A stretch of DNA of 58,866 nucleotides, from assembly GCA_003345595.1 (NCBI GenBank), contig PRDI01000050.1, forward strand, positions 1 through 58,866, in the 5' to 3' direction. Made by a program: the position numbers and the translations under genes. The stretch comes from Candidatus Thorarchaeota archaeon. Lineage in GTDB: Archaea; Asgardarchaeota; Thorarchaeia; Thorarchaeales; Thorarchaeaceae. The notes under the pieces are model-generated. The model searched no databases, was not told the DNA's origin, and was given only the letters and a program-made list of their open reading frames with translations. Position 1 is the stretch's first letter. Each line of letters starts with the position of its first letter. This document shows positions 1-9,710 of the stretch, in pieces.

Positions 1-1419
1 AATGTTCGCTTCAAAGATTCTACAGCTACCGATGGTGCCACCTGGGTCAGTGACAATCTGTCCTCGACGAACTTGGTGTTTGTCAACCTCCTTAATATCG
101 AACCCAAAAGGGTCTCCAGACTTCGCCGCGAATACGCGCTTGTTGAACATCTCTATGCTGAAGAGGCGCCCTTCACTCATTCCCTCATTCTGGCCAGGGC
201 CAATGACAACAGTCTGCCCAGTTTTGAACACCCCCGACATCACCGTACCAGTCACTACTACATTCGTTCCTCTTATGCCGCGGTAGACCTTGTCCACATA
301 GGCACGTGCCGGACCGCTGGGATCGCCGCTCCTGGTGCTCACAGGGAGCAGCCTTAGCACCTCTATAAGGAGGGCCATCGACGATAAGTCGGTCGCCGCG
401 AATTGCAGCACAGGCACGATTACTCCATTCCCGATTTCTTTGACCACAGGCGGAACTTCGTCACTGCTCCTAACGTTGACTGGTATCTTTCCTATTTCCT
501 TTAGAGTCTCACGAACCAGATTGTCTACTAGGGCCAAGTCTTCCCGGCTTGCCTTGTCCGCTTTAGAGAGTATGACCATGAGAGGCGCACCCCTGCTCGA
601 CATGAGAATGAGATGCTCCCGGGTTATATCGTCCAGACGCGCTCGGCCTCCTCCTATCTGCTCACTCTGTATGAGGCGGGCTTCATCCGGAATGGGAACC
701 AGCACAAGTCCGTAGGCGGCATCGCCTCCGAGAATGCTACGTATCATCGTCTTGCTGTGCTCCATGTGACCTGGCGCGTCAAAGAAGGTCACAATCCTTG
801 CCGACTGGTCAAGTGCTCGGCCGGCCTCTTCCTTGTCGAGTGGGTTTTCAAGGTGTACAGCTCTGCCATCTTGAGCAAACCCCATGAAGGCCAGATGTAT
901 GTCGGCTGTCTGCCCTCTGGTGATTTCCTGAGGGTGCTTGAGCAGAAAGGATCTTGCCTTCCCACTGCCATCATCGACAGCTCCAGTGACAAGGCAGCCC
1001 ACCAGAGTAGATTTGCCCGAACTCACTCTTCCTGCAATGTTGATCGAACACGTTTCTTTGATTTCGGGTGCGGGAATCCTCTTTAGCAGATACGATCCCA
1101 CGTAGCCCTTTGCGGTTTCAACTCGATCCTTCTCGACGATGTCGACTCCCGCTTCCTTGCAGATCTCCGATAGCACTTCTTCTGCTAGTTCTATTCCCTC
1201 CTCGCTCAGGCCATCGATTCTCCATTCACTGCCCTTGACATCTTCTATACCTACAAGCAGCCTCCCCTCAAAAGGATCCTCACATGTCATGTATCTTATC
1301 CGTGTCACGAGTTTCTGGAGTCTGTCGGGCTTCAGGTCTGCCCTAGTCAGCCGTTTCTTGAACTCGGTTTCCCTATTCTCTCCAATCCTCAGAATCTCAA
1401 GCACTCTGTCTGTTGACAT
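1..1419 (-). CDS. Archaeal GTPBP1/GTPBP2-like translational GTPase (EF-Tu/EF-1A superfamily) with N-terminal AlbA/Schlafen-like domain; 3' end runs off the window
   Basis: Not in the ORF track; translated by hand from ATG at 1419 (in-frame TAA just upstream): MSTDRVLEILRIGENRETEFKKRL..., G1 AGRVSSGKST, DDGSGKAR..LLKHPQEITRGQT (GTPBP1 signature), G3 DAPGH, G4 SKAD, then a domain II beta-barrel (VDKVYRGIRGTNVVVTGTVMSG). Open to position 1. Confidence 0.88.
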   Translation of the reverse strand, partial: MSTDRVLEILRIGENRETEFKKRLTRADLKPDRLQKLVTRIRYMTCEDPFEGRLLVGIEDVKGSEWRIDGLSEEGIELAEEVLSEICKEAGVDIVEKDRVETAKGYVGSYLLKRIPAPEIKETCSINIAGRVSSGKSTLVGCLVTGAVDDGSGKARSFLLKHPQEITRGQTADIHLAFMGFAQDGRAVHLENPLDKEEAGRALDQSARIVTFFDAPGHMEHSKTMIRSILGGDAAYGLVLVPIPDEARLIQSEQIGGGRARLDDITREHLILMSSRGAPLMVILSKADKASREDLALVDNLVRETLKEIGKIPVNVRSSDEVPPVVKEIGNGVIVPVLQFAATDLSSMALLIEVLRLLPVSTRSGDPSGPARAYVDKVYRGIRGTNVVVTGTVMSGVFKTGQTVVIGPGQNEGMSEGRLFSIEMFNKRVFAAKSGDPFGFDIKEVDKHQVRRGQIVTDPGGTIGSCRIFEANI

Positions 1420-1473
1420 CACTTACATTTCCTGTCTTCGCTTTGTCGTTTCTGACTCCACAGCGGCAATCTC

Positions 1474-3489
1474 CTAGTCCGCTGGAGGGATGCCTTCACC
1501 GAATACATCCTCAGCGAGACCGTCTGCCGCTTGATGGTCTTCGGAGAGGCTTCCTACCCCGGTAGCGGCTGATGGAAAACTCCCCTCAAGCCTCCGAGCG
1601 AACTCACGCAGCCTGTAACGCATATCAAGCGATTCTCTGTCGACGATGAGTGTGACTATTCTGGAGGCCGTGTGCTCGACCATTATGGTGAAGCCCTCGT
1701 GGTCAATCGAACGCAGAAGTCCTCTGTCGCCCATCAGACTCCGGGCGAACGTATTGATGGCAGATAGGAAACCACTCACAAGAGTGCTGTCCATCTCGAA
1801 TCTCAGATCGAAGTAGTGGGCGTATTCAGGGATTCCAGAATAACGATTGAGTGCAATGACTGCATGAAGAACAGGCCTAGCGATCTCTTTGACGCGACCC
1901 GCTGGTTTGAAGCCCGAGAGCCTGTCCAATGACTTGGCGATCTCAGGCTGTAAGCCAGAACCTGCTCGCGCCGTGGAAGCAAGAACACTGTCTAGTCTTG
2001 TCTTCACTTCTTTCTCCAGTCGAGTGTCACCTGCCAACGTCGCGATGCTGGCGGCGCGCCGCAGCTCTCCTGTGGCTTCAGATGCACGTCCAGCTAGCAT
2101 CAGGACGTCACTACGCAAAAGAATCGCTTCTCCGTGTAGTGACTGCAACTCCTGCTCCTGAGCGATTTGGATCAGGTTGCCCAAGTGGTAGGTTGCATCA
2201 ACAAGCTTCTGCGAATCCTGATATGTCCGGTATGCCTCGAGGTGCGCCTTGGCCAGTTCCAGCTCAGCACGAACAAGCATTTCGAGAATCGTATTCTTCC
2301 TTGCTATGTTCAGGACTTCCTCGAAGGCAGTTATGGCTTCATCGAACTCATGTCTTGCAGCGTGATAGATTCCCGAGGCATGAAGGAAGGCACATTTCTG
2401 TAGGGGCTTCTCCGACGCCTGTGCAATCCGGCTTGCCTCTTGTAGCACGCCGTTCGCTTCCTTTAGTCTGCCAGTCCTCGATAACATCACCGAGAGCCAG
2501 GTGTAAGCTTCGATTGGTCCTCCATGGCTCTTCTCCTCAAGCCTTACTGCCTGTCTAAGATGTTTCTCGGCTTCATCATAGCGGCCAAGAATGGTCGTGA
2601 TCTCTCCAAGATTAGACAGAGTGACAACCTTTGCAGAATCCATATCCATTCTCTGCAGAGCTGCTTCGAAGTACTGCAAGGCCTCTTCAAGCCTGAGGCA
2701 GTTGAGTTTCAAGGTTCCCAGGTTGTTCAGAGCCATCCCAAGGCCCAGATTGAAAGATAGCTCATCACTGATTTCCCTGACCCGGAGGTAGTGCTTCTCT
2801 GCATCGACGTAATCGCCCTGAAAATTGCTGATGTTGCCTCTCAGGTTCTCGACAAGTGCCAAGAACATCCGGTGATTCCTGCTCTTTGCCATTCCCTCAA
2901 GGGTATCTGCGATTCTCGATGCCCTTGCTGGCTGGCCCACATCCCTCAGAAGGGTGCCGACAACGTAGAGTGTGAACATGGTTTCGGTGAGCGGCTCTTC
3001 AACCTGCTCCGGATGACTCTCCAGGAGGCTATCAAACTCCATGGCACATGTTATAACGCTCGCATCTCTCGCTGCTGCCGCCTCAAGGACTCTCACTGTG
3101 CTGACTCGCACGAGATCCGAGGCGGGTGATCTGAGATCGACAAGAGTTGTCATTAGCTTCACTATTGCTCTCAGGCCCTCCACGTCTGAGAGCACAAACA
3201 AGGCGATTGCACGGAGGCTCAGCACTGGGACTGACTGAGTTTCGGACGACAGAAACAGAGCCTCTGGAAACCGGCCTCTTGTCAGACAAGCTTCCAAGCC
3301 CAGTATTATTATCTCGTTCTTGGGATCGCTCTTCATGCTTTCTTTCCGGGCGGCCTCTATGGCAGTATCCGTGAACGCGGCAAAGGGCGTGCTACCCTTT
3401 GAGGTACGACGATCGGCTGCACTGATGATGCTGTCCCATGAAGGTGTGCTCGGGCCGAGCAAGTGCTTGAACTCAGGTGGGACCTCCAT
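1474..3489 (-). CDS. Tetratricopeptide-repeat protein with C-terminal longin-like domain
   Basis: TPR helices (ALNNLGTL..EEALQYFEAAL, TLSNLGEI..GRYDEAEKHLRQAV); C-terminal SGIPEY..F...MDSTLVSGFLSAINTFA...LRSIDHEGFTIMVEH matches the Asgard longin pattern. The ORF extends to 3624, but a downstream ATG (3489 or 3510) is more plausible because tldD starts divergently at 3654. Confidence 0.75.
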   Translation of the reverse strand: MEVPPEFKHLLGPSTPSWDSIISAADRRTSKGSTPFAAFTDTAIEAARKESMKSDPKNEIIILGLEACLTRGRFPEALFLSSETQSVPVLSLRAIALFVLSDVEGLRAIVKLMTTLVDLRSPASDLVRVSTVRVLEAAAARDASVITCAMEFDSLLESHPEQVEEPLTETMFTLYVVGTLLRDVGQPARASRIADTLEGMAKSRNHRMFLALVENLRGNISNFQGDYVDAEKHYLRVREISDELSFNLGLGMALNNLGTLKLNCLRLEEALQYFEAALQRMDMDSAKVVTLSNLGEITTILGRYDEAEKHLRQAVRLEEKSHGGPIEAYTWLSVMLSRTGRLKEANGVLQEASRIAQASEKPLQKCAFLHASGIYHAARHEFDEAITAFEEVLNIARKNTILEMLVRAELELAKAHLEAYRTYQDSQKLVDATYHLGNLIQIAQEQELQSLHGEAILLRSDVLMLAGRASEATGELRRAASIATLAGDTRLEKEVKTRLDSVLASTARAGSGLQPEIAKSLDRLSGFKPAGRVKEIARPVLHAVIALNRYSGIPEYAHYFDLRFEMDSTLVSGFLSAINTFARSLMGDRGLLRSIDHEGFTIMVEHTASRIVTLIVDRESLDMRYRLREFARRLEGSFPSAATGVGSLSEDHQAADGLAEDVFGEGIPPAD

Positions 3490-3653
3490 GCCAATCACAG
3501 TCCTACTCATCCGCGCAGTGTTCCCCATACGTTTTGGCTCTTTTGGTGCTAGAGGCGAAGTTGGAGTACGTTGGCTTACGGCTATCACAAGATTATTAGA
3601 GCATATGTAGACGCAACCTCTCATGATTCACTCTTACTGAGGATGATGCACTG

Positions 3654-5042
3654 TTGTTCGACATACTGGACAAGGCGGTCGAAGTGGGCCGTGACCTAGG
3701 TGCAACATACGTTGAACTCCGCGGAGAAACGGGCTTCGTGGAGTACATACAGATGGATGACCTAAGGGTAAATGCTCTAACGCAGAGGATCGAGCGTGGT
3801 GTGGCCATCAGGGTGCTAATGGACGGAGCTTGGGGTTTCGTTTCAACGGGAAACATGGATGCCCTTGACCAAGCAGTTAGAGACGCATTCATGATGGCCC
3901 GGGCAGCCGCAAAGACTCGAAGCGACCAGATTCGACTGGCCGAAACAAAGCCTCACGAGGATACTATTGACATCAAGGTCAAACGCGACCCGCGACAGGT
4001 TCCGATTGAGGAGAAGATCAAGTACATGCAGGACATCACGAAAGTCGTCCAGGGCTTCGATCGCCGAATGGTGGCGGTCACTGTGAAGGTCCGGACAGCA
4101 TCAGGCACCAAGTACGTTGTTACGTCCGAAGGGACAAGGATTCAGTCTAGAGACTTGCTGGTATGGGTGTATCCGTGGGTGACCGCCAAGGAGGGCGCTC
4201 GCCTCAGTGCAGCGAGGTACGAAGACGCATCCACACATGAGGGCTGGGAGTACATGGAGCGCGTAGCCACTCCTGAAGCGATTGGGCTCGCAGCCGCCAA
4301 AAGAGCGAAGCTGCAGCTGGAGGGGGTCCAAGCCAAGGCGGGCTCTTTTCCGTGTATTCTTGGACCGAGAGTGATTGGAGTGCTCGCACACGAAGCGCTT
4401 GGCCACTTGTCAGAGGCTGATTTGACGACCAATAGTGCGTTCAACGGGAAACTGAATCAGGTGGTGGCCTCGGAAGGTGTGTATATGACGGATGATGGTA
4501 CAATCCCGGGTGGTTTGGGTACAGCCAAATATGATGATGAGGGTACTTCATCAACGAGAGTCGCCATAATCAAGGACTCTGTGCTTACGGAACTGATGAC
4601 CAACCGAGAGTATGCCGCCAAGACAGGTCTCAGACCAACTGGCAATGCACGCGCAGAGTCATATCTCTATCCGCCAATCATCAGGATGAGAAACACTTTC
4701 TTCGAGAGGGGCGACGCTGAACCCGATGAGATGTTCGAAGGCATCGACTTCGGCTACTATTGTGCCGATTTTCGAGGTGGTCAAGCCCAGACGAATGCGA
4801 GCTTTCAAGTCGGGCTTCAAGAGGTGTACGAGATAGTCAACGGCAAGCTGGGACGCCCCGTAACAGACCTCTCGATATCAGGGATTGCCACTGACTCTCT
4901 CATGAAGATTGAGATGATATCAAAGAAGGAGTTTCCTTTCGAGCTAGGAAGATGCGGGAAGGGTCAAGAGGCTTTCGTGGCGAGTGGGGGACCCGATATC
5001 AGGTTTGCAGGGGGAGGAATCACTTTTGGAGGCAAGACCTAG
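3654..5042 (+). CDS. tldD: TldD metalloprotease subunit
   Basis: HEALGHLSEAD (HExxxH), YDDEG, GNARA, RMRNTFF and C-terminal GRCGKGQ motifs. Confidence 0.93.
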   Translation: MFDILDKAVEVGRDLGATYVELRGETGFVEYIQMDDLRVNALTQRIERGVAIRVLMDGAWGFVSTGNMDALDQAVRDAFMMARAAAKTRSDQIRLAETKPHEDTIDIKVKRDPRQVPIEEKIKYMQDITKVVQGFDRRMVAVTVKVRTASGTKYVVTSEGTRIQSRDLLVWVYPWVTAKEGARLSAARYEDASTHEGWEYMERVATPEAIGLAAAKRAKLQLEGVQAKAGSFPCILGPRVIGVLAHEALGHLSEADLTTNSAFNGKLNQVVASEGVYMTDDGTIPGGLGTAKYDDEGTSSTRVAIIKDSVLTELMTNREYAAKTGLRPTGNARAESYLYPPIIRMRNTFFERGDAEPDEMFEGIDFGYYCADFRGGQAQTNASFQVGLQEVYEIVNGKLGRPVTDLSISGIATDSLMKIEMISKKEFPFELGRCGKGQEAFVASGGPDIRFAGGGITFGGKT

Positions 5043-5055
5043 GAGGACTGACGAT

Positions 5056-6414
5056 ATGGAAACCGAAAGAGACCTGATTGATCTTTGTCAGCATGCGGTC
5101 ACGATGGGCCAGAAGATGGGTGCAGACGCTATCGAGGTTCAGTCACAAGCGAACTCCAATCTCGATGCAGACGTCGAGTTGGCGCAGGTGAGTAGCGTAA
5201 ACAAGAGGGTGAGCACTGAGTTTGCCATTAGGTTGTACTATGGCAAGAGGATGGGCTGCGCCTTCACGAACATTCCTACGATGGACGCGCTGGATCAGGC
5301 CGTGAAGCTCGCGGTGAGTGCCGCCAGAGCTACGACTGAGGACAAGGACTGGTCGGCTCTTCCTGAGCCTGCAAAACACAAGGTGATTAAGGGTCTTTGG
5401 CATGAGTCGGTAACGAAGTGCGAACCTTCTTGGGTCGTAGAGCTGTTGGCTGATGCCGTGACGCGAGCGAAGGCAGCTGAGGAGGGTCTCATGCTAGCGT
5501 TCGGAAACGCCGGCGTCCAAGTCACTAATAGAGCTTGTGTCAACAGCAGCGGTATCGCCATCTCGGAGAGAGGCACACTTGGAAGCCTCGCCCTTATCGG
5601 CGTTGCGCAAACAGAGTCTACGACGACGCCCCTGATCATTTCGTATGATATCCAGAGAAGCTTACAAGTCGATGTGCCTCGAGTAGTTGATGAAGTCGCG
5701 TCGATGATTCGCGTCTGCAAGAAGACTGCCAAGGGCAGTACAGGCAAGCAGACAGTCATTCTTGATCCATCTGCATACAGTCAGCTTCTCCGCTACACAT
5801 TGCTTGAGTCTGTTCGCGGTGACAACGTCGCCCGAGGCAAGTCAAAGATAGCAGACAAGATAGGAGATCGTATAGCTTCGGACATCCTGACGATATACGA
5901 TGATGGCACAACTCCAAGGGGGGTCAACACAACCGTGGCCGACGATGAAGGCGTCCCGCATCAGAGGACTTCATTGATTGAGAAAGGCGTTCTTCGATCT
6001 TTCCTATGGGACACGTACTGGGCAAATCGAAAGGGCGTCAAGAGCACCGGGAACGCGAGACGCGACATGCGGCAAGGTCTGGTTGACATAGCAACCACTA
6101 ATCTAGTGGTCAGCCCGGGGAAGAGAGAGATATCTGACATCATCTCTGAGATGAAACACGGGTATCTGATACGCGATGTTCAGGGTGCTCACAGCTCCAA
6201 CCCAGAGTCAGGTGACTTCAGCGTAGTCGGTAATCCTGCAATTCTCATCGAGGATGGCAGGATGGTCGGTACAGCACACGGCCTCATGATGGCAGGCAAC
6301 ATCTACAGTCTTCTGGGCAGTGCGGTGGAGGTCGCCAAGACTCCAAGGTACCTGGCTGGAACCATTGGCCCTGAGATTGTCTTCAGGGATGTTGATGTCA
6401 TCGCAAAGGAGTAG
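5056..6414 (+). CDS. pmbA: PmbA/TldE non-catalytic partner of TldD
   Basis: DDEG, STGNA and SGDFS motifs, no HExxxH. ATG at 5056 follows AGGAGG directly after the tldD stop. Confidence 0.9.
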   Translation: METERDLIDLCQHAVTMGQKMGADAIEVQSQANSNLDADVELAQVSSVNKRVSTEFAIRLYYGKRMGCAFTNIPTMDALDQAVKLAVSAARATTEDKDWSALPEPAKHKVIKGLWHESVTKCEPSWVVELLADAVTRAKAAEEGLMLAFGNAGVQVTNRACVNSSGIAISERGTLGSLALIGVAQTESTTTPLIISYDIQRSLQVDVPRVVDEVASMIRVCKKTAKGSTGKQTVILDPSAYSQLLRYTLLESVRGDNVARGKSKIADKIGDRIASDILTIYDDGTTPRGVNTTVADDEGVPHQRTSLIEKGVLRSFLWDTYWANRKGVKSTGNARRDMRQGLVDIATTNLVVSPGKREISDIISEMKHGYLIRDVQGAHSSNPESGDFSVVGNPAILIEDGRMVGTAHGLMMAGNIYSLLGSAVEVAKTPRYLAGTIGPEIVFRDVDVIAKE

Positions 6415-6524
6415 GCTTCGTCTACGCGACATAACCCCTACGCCGTACATAGGCACATCAGTCGCTCAGGCAAAAGAATATCAAGTACGTGCTGAGAACA
6501 GCAGAAGCAGCCTGAGGTAGAGTC

Positions 6525-9500
6525 ATGTACACCCGATACCTAGTCATTGCGATTCTTCTAACATCAACACTACTGGTCATCCCACCTGCTACTAGTCTGA
6601 ACTCGGCCATTGGGGAAGATCGGCTTCGCCCCTATGTCGACTCCGACCTGTTGATGAATCTGCAGTCGAGAGTGGCCGGCGTCGGAGAGTCAACCAACTG
6701 CAGTGCCTTGATGGAGTTCCAGGCCGAGCTGTCGTCACAAGAGATTGCGATGGCGGAATCAATGGGCTTGCAGTTTCTGAGGCGAGGCACTTCCGTGGTG
6801 CATGTCGGTAGGGTCTACTCTGCCCTAGTGACCGGCGTCGATTCACTGGATTCTTTGAGAGAGATGGGTTTGGTGCGTGCATCATCAGGCGGCAAGAAAT
6901 TCTTTACGTCGGTCACTTCTTCGGTCCCCGCTATAGGTGCTCCAACGGTCTGGGAGAACATGAGTCTGAACGGGACTCCCATTGTGGGAAGTGGGGCTAC
7001 TGTCGCAGTGATTGACACCGGTGCCAACTGGCTTCATCCAAGTTTCTGGAGGAAGTCGTCAGGACCTGTCAGCGTGATTGACTCCGGTGGCAAGTACTAC
7101 GCGGACTTGGACAACGACACAGTGGTTGATCCAGGGGAAGGACCAATCAATCATATTGACAAACAGAATCCGTCGACCATCGATGTAGCCAACGAGTACA
7201 TGTACATCGATGTCCTAGACAATGGCGTATTCGATTATGGCGCGGGAGACAGATGGTTAGGTGGCATTGATGCCAACGACGACGGCATCATCACTCTCCC
7301 CTCCGAGGATGTGGTCGTGCTCGGAGAATCCAAAGTGGCTATCCTCTATGACCAAGCGACTGGTCTTGTCTACATGCGTGATACAAACCTAACAACCCTC
7401 GCCCTCAGCGTCGGAGACTCTGACTCTAATGGCCACGGAACACACGTGGCGTCAATCATAGCTGGAGGCCAAATCGGTTTCACTTCGATGTTGGGTGTCG
7501 CGCCTGACGCAGACCTAATCATCATCAAGAGCCCGCTGAACTCTGAAGACATTCTGGATGGTATCCATTTTGCGATACTGCATGGTGCTAGCATAATCAA
7601 CATGTCATTCTCGAGCTACCTCGGGTTCCTGGATGGCACAGATCTTGAGGACTTAGCAGTATCCGAGGCCTTTCTGAAGAACAAGACGCTCTGCACTCTC
7701 GCTGCAGGCAACCTTGGGTACCAGAGCAAACATGCGAGATTCCAGGTGCAGTCTGGCAGTTCTGCTGGCGCCACGCTTTCCGTTTCTTCTCCCCCTCTGT
7801 ACTCGTTCATCAGTTTCCTATGGCGCAGTTCGGATATGGACGAACATGTGGTTCTCACCCCTCCAGCAGGCGACCCAATCGACTTGGGATCTTTCGAGAG
7901 CATCTTGGGTCCGGGATTTCCTGTCTCTTCACAAGACCTGAATGCCTACGTGTTTGCAGACGCAAGCATCCGCGGGACGAACAGACTGCTTGTGCAGCTA
8001 GGGGCAAGCAGCCATAACTGGACGTCGGGAACTTGGAGCGTCAGCATGGCCAACCCCTCTGGTGAAGCAGTGTGGGTTGACACATACGCATGGGACAACA
8101 GCTGGAGTGGGACGTATCTTCGGTTCACGAGCCAACAAGATAACACAAGGACAATCAGCTCGCCGGGAACCGCCGACAACGGAGTGGTTGTGTCTTGGTA
8201 TAATGAAGGAAGCCACTCAGTCAGCTCATCTTCAAGCATAGGTCCTCGGATTGATGGTGTACCAAAACCTGAAGTGACGGCACCCGGCACCGGTATACTC
8301 GCAGCTTCTAAGTACATCAACACACTATGGACTTCGAAGGATGGCACGAGCATGGCGTCGCCCCACGTAGCAGGTTTGTTGGCATTGATCTTCCAAGCAA
8401 GCGGACGTGCAACTGGTGCACGGCTGCTGACAGCCCTGCTGCAGGGGGCGGGCGGCTACTCCGCTCACTATTCGCCGCCCCTAGGTGACTGGGGCTATGG
8501 CCTGTGTGATTCAGTGTTGTCCGTGAGGCACGTGCTTGAGATGCCCATGGGCCCGGGCACGAATCTATCTGACTGGGCGGGGATCGCTCCGATTGTCGAG
8601 AATCCCGAGAACGCAAGCCTTGATGCGGGCTTAGACATAATCTCTGTGAGAGTGTATCAACGAACCGATGTAGTCGCGCTTGCCATTAGCCTTCTTGGTG
8701 AGCCTCGATTCGGGCCAGACGTTTTGAGCGTCGCGTGGGACACGGATTCTAATCTGACGTCTGGCAAGAACGGTGCCGACATACTGGCCAACGTCACCGG
8801 GGGACAGGCGCTTGTCTACGAGTGGTCTGACGGGAAGTATCAACTCTCTACGCTAGTGGCACAGTACTGGAATGTGTCGAACACTGCCTTTCTGACGGTA
8901 GATCAGGCAGACCCGCCTGCCCGCGGGCGCCTGGACGTGAGCACAGGCAACCAGACCCTTCCGATTGCGGATTCGACTGGCTTTGCGAATCTTGAAAATC
9001 AATGGCGACCCATAGTCAGTAGCTTGACATTGAATCACATCAATGATATCTGGCAAGTGGACGTGACCATATCTGACAGAGATACACCCGCTTCATTGCT
9101 AGCAGTAGGTTGGAGCCATGTGGATGGCGGCATGTCAATACTCGAGTCTGGGATTAAGCAAAACTCTACGTTTCTCAACCTGACAGTCGACACAGATGAG
9201 GCTGGGGTCAGACATGTCACTAGTCTTCTGCTCAATGTCAGTGATGAAGAAGCCCGTCTGTTCTTGGCTCCCATTATGTTGTCCTCAGGTGCGGCAACAG
9301 CTCTCCAGTTTACTGGTGCAGTACTTTATCAGACAGTTGTCAGAGTCGGTCCGCTCATCACCCCGATAATCACAGGGGAGTTGATCCTCGAAGGATACCT
9401 GAATGCTGAATCTGTCATTCTGGGACTCAAGTCTGAGTACGGGTACTGGCTGAACTTCACGCTGGACGGTGCCGATGGTACCTATCCCATTTATCTCACG

Positions 9501-9710
9501 CCCTCGGGCTTGGCGGCAGGCAACTATAGCGTATATGCGATTGCCATTGATCAATCTGGTGTCAGAACAGAGGTGCAATTCGCAGTACTACTGGCCGTCA
9601 CTGACAATTCACTGCTCATCCTCATTGCCGCAGGGATTGTGCTCGCTGTGATTGCAGTTGTCGTCCTGCGGCGGCTCAGAGGCAGATTCAGCAAGGAGGC
9701 AGGACAATGA
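6525..9710 (+). CDS. Secreted, C-terminally membrane-anchored S8 subtilisin-like serine protease
   Basis: Signal peptide; catalytic triad VAVIDTG / GHGTHVA / GTSMASPHVAG; oxyanion AAGN; C-terminal TM helix followed by RRLRGR. Confidence 0.92.
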   Translation: MYTRYLVIAILLTSTLLVIPPATSLNSAIGEDRLRPYVDSDLLMNLQSRVAGVGESTNCSALMEFQAELSSQEIAMAESMGLQFLRRGTSVVHVGRVYSALVTGVDSLDSLREMGLVRASSGGKKFFTSVTSSVPAIGAPTVWENMSLNGTPIVGSGATVAVIDTGANWLHPSFWRKSSGPVSVIDSGGKYYADLDNDTVVDPGEGPINHIDKQNPSTIDVANEYMYIDVLDNGVFDYGAGDRWLGGIDANDDGIITLPSEDVVVLGESKVAILYDQATGLVYMRDTNLTTLALSVGDSDSNGHGTHVASIIAGGQIGFTSMLGVAPDADLIIIKSPLNSEDILDGIHFAILHGASIINMSFSSYLGFLDGTDLEDLAVSEAFLKNKTLCTLAAGNLGYQSKHARFQVQSGSSAGATLSVSSPPLYSFISFLWRSSDMDEHVVLTPPAGDPIDLGSFESILGPGFPVSSQDLNAYVFADASIRGTNRLLVQLGASSHNWTSGTWSVSMANPSGEAVWVDTYAWDNSWSGTYLRFTSQQDNTRTISSPGTADNGVVVSWYNEGSHSVSSSSSIGPRIDGVPKPEVTAPGTGILAASKYINTLWTSKDGTSMASPHVAGLLALIFQASGRATGARLLTALLQGAGGYSAHYSPPLGDWGYGLCDSVLSVRHVLEMPMGPGTNLSDWAGIAPIVENPENASLDAGLDIISVRVYQRTDVVALAISLLGEPRFGPDVLSVAWDTDSNLTSGKNGADILANVTGGQALVYEWSDGKYQLSTLVAQYWNVSNTAFLTVDQADPPARGRLDVSTGNQTLPIADSTGFANLENQWRPIVSSLTLNHINDIWQVDVTISDRDTPASLLAVGWSHVDGGMSILESGIKQNSTFLNLTVDTDEAGVRHVTSLLLNVSDEEARLFLAPIMLSSGAATALQFTGAVLYQTVVRVGPLITPIITGELILEGYLNAESVILGLKSEYGYWLNFTLDGADGTYPIYLTPSGLAAGNYSVYAIAIDQSGVRTEVQFAVLLAVTDNSLLILIAAGIVLAVIAVVVLRRLRGRFSKEAGQ

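Noticed and set aside
2-1477. Plus-strand ORFs 2..286, 73..357, 335..715, 613..1086 and 1139..1477
   Set aside because: Antisense shadows of the minus-strand aGTPBP gene. The same applies to the many short ORFs nested opposite long genes throughout the window.
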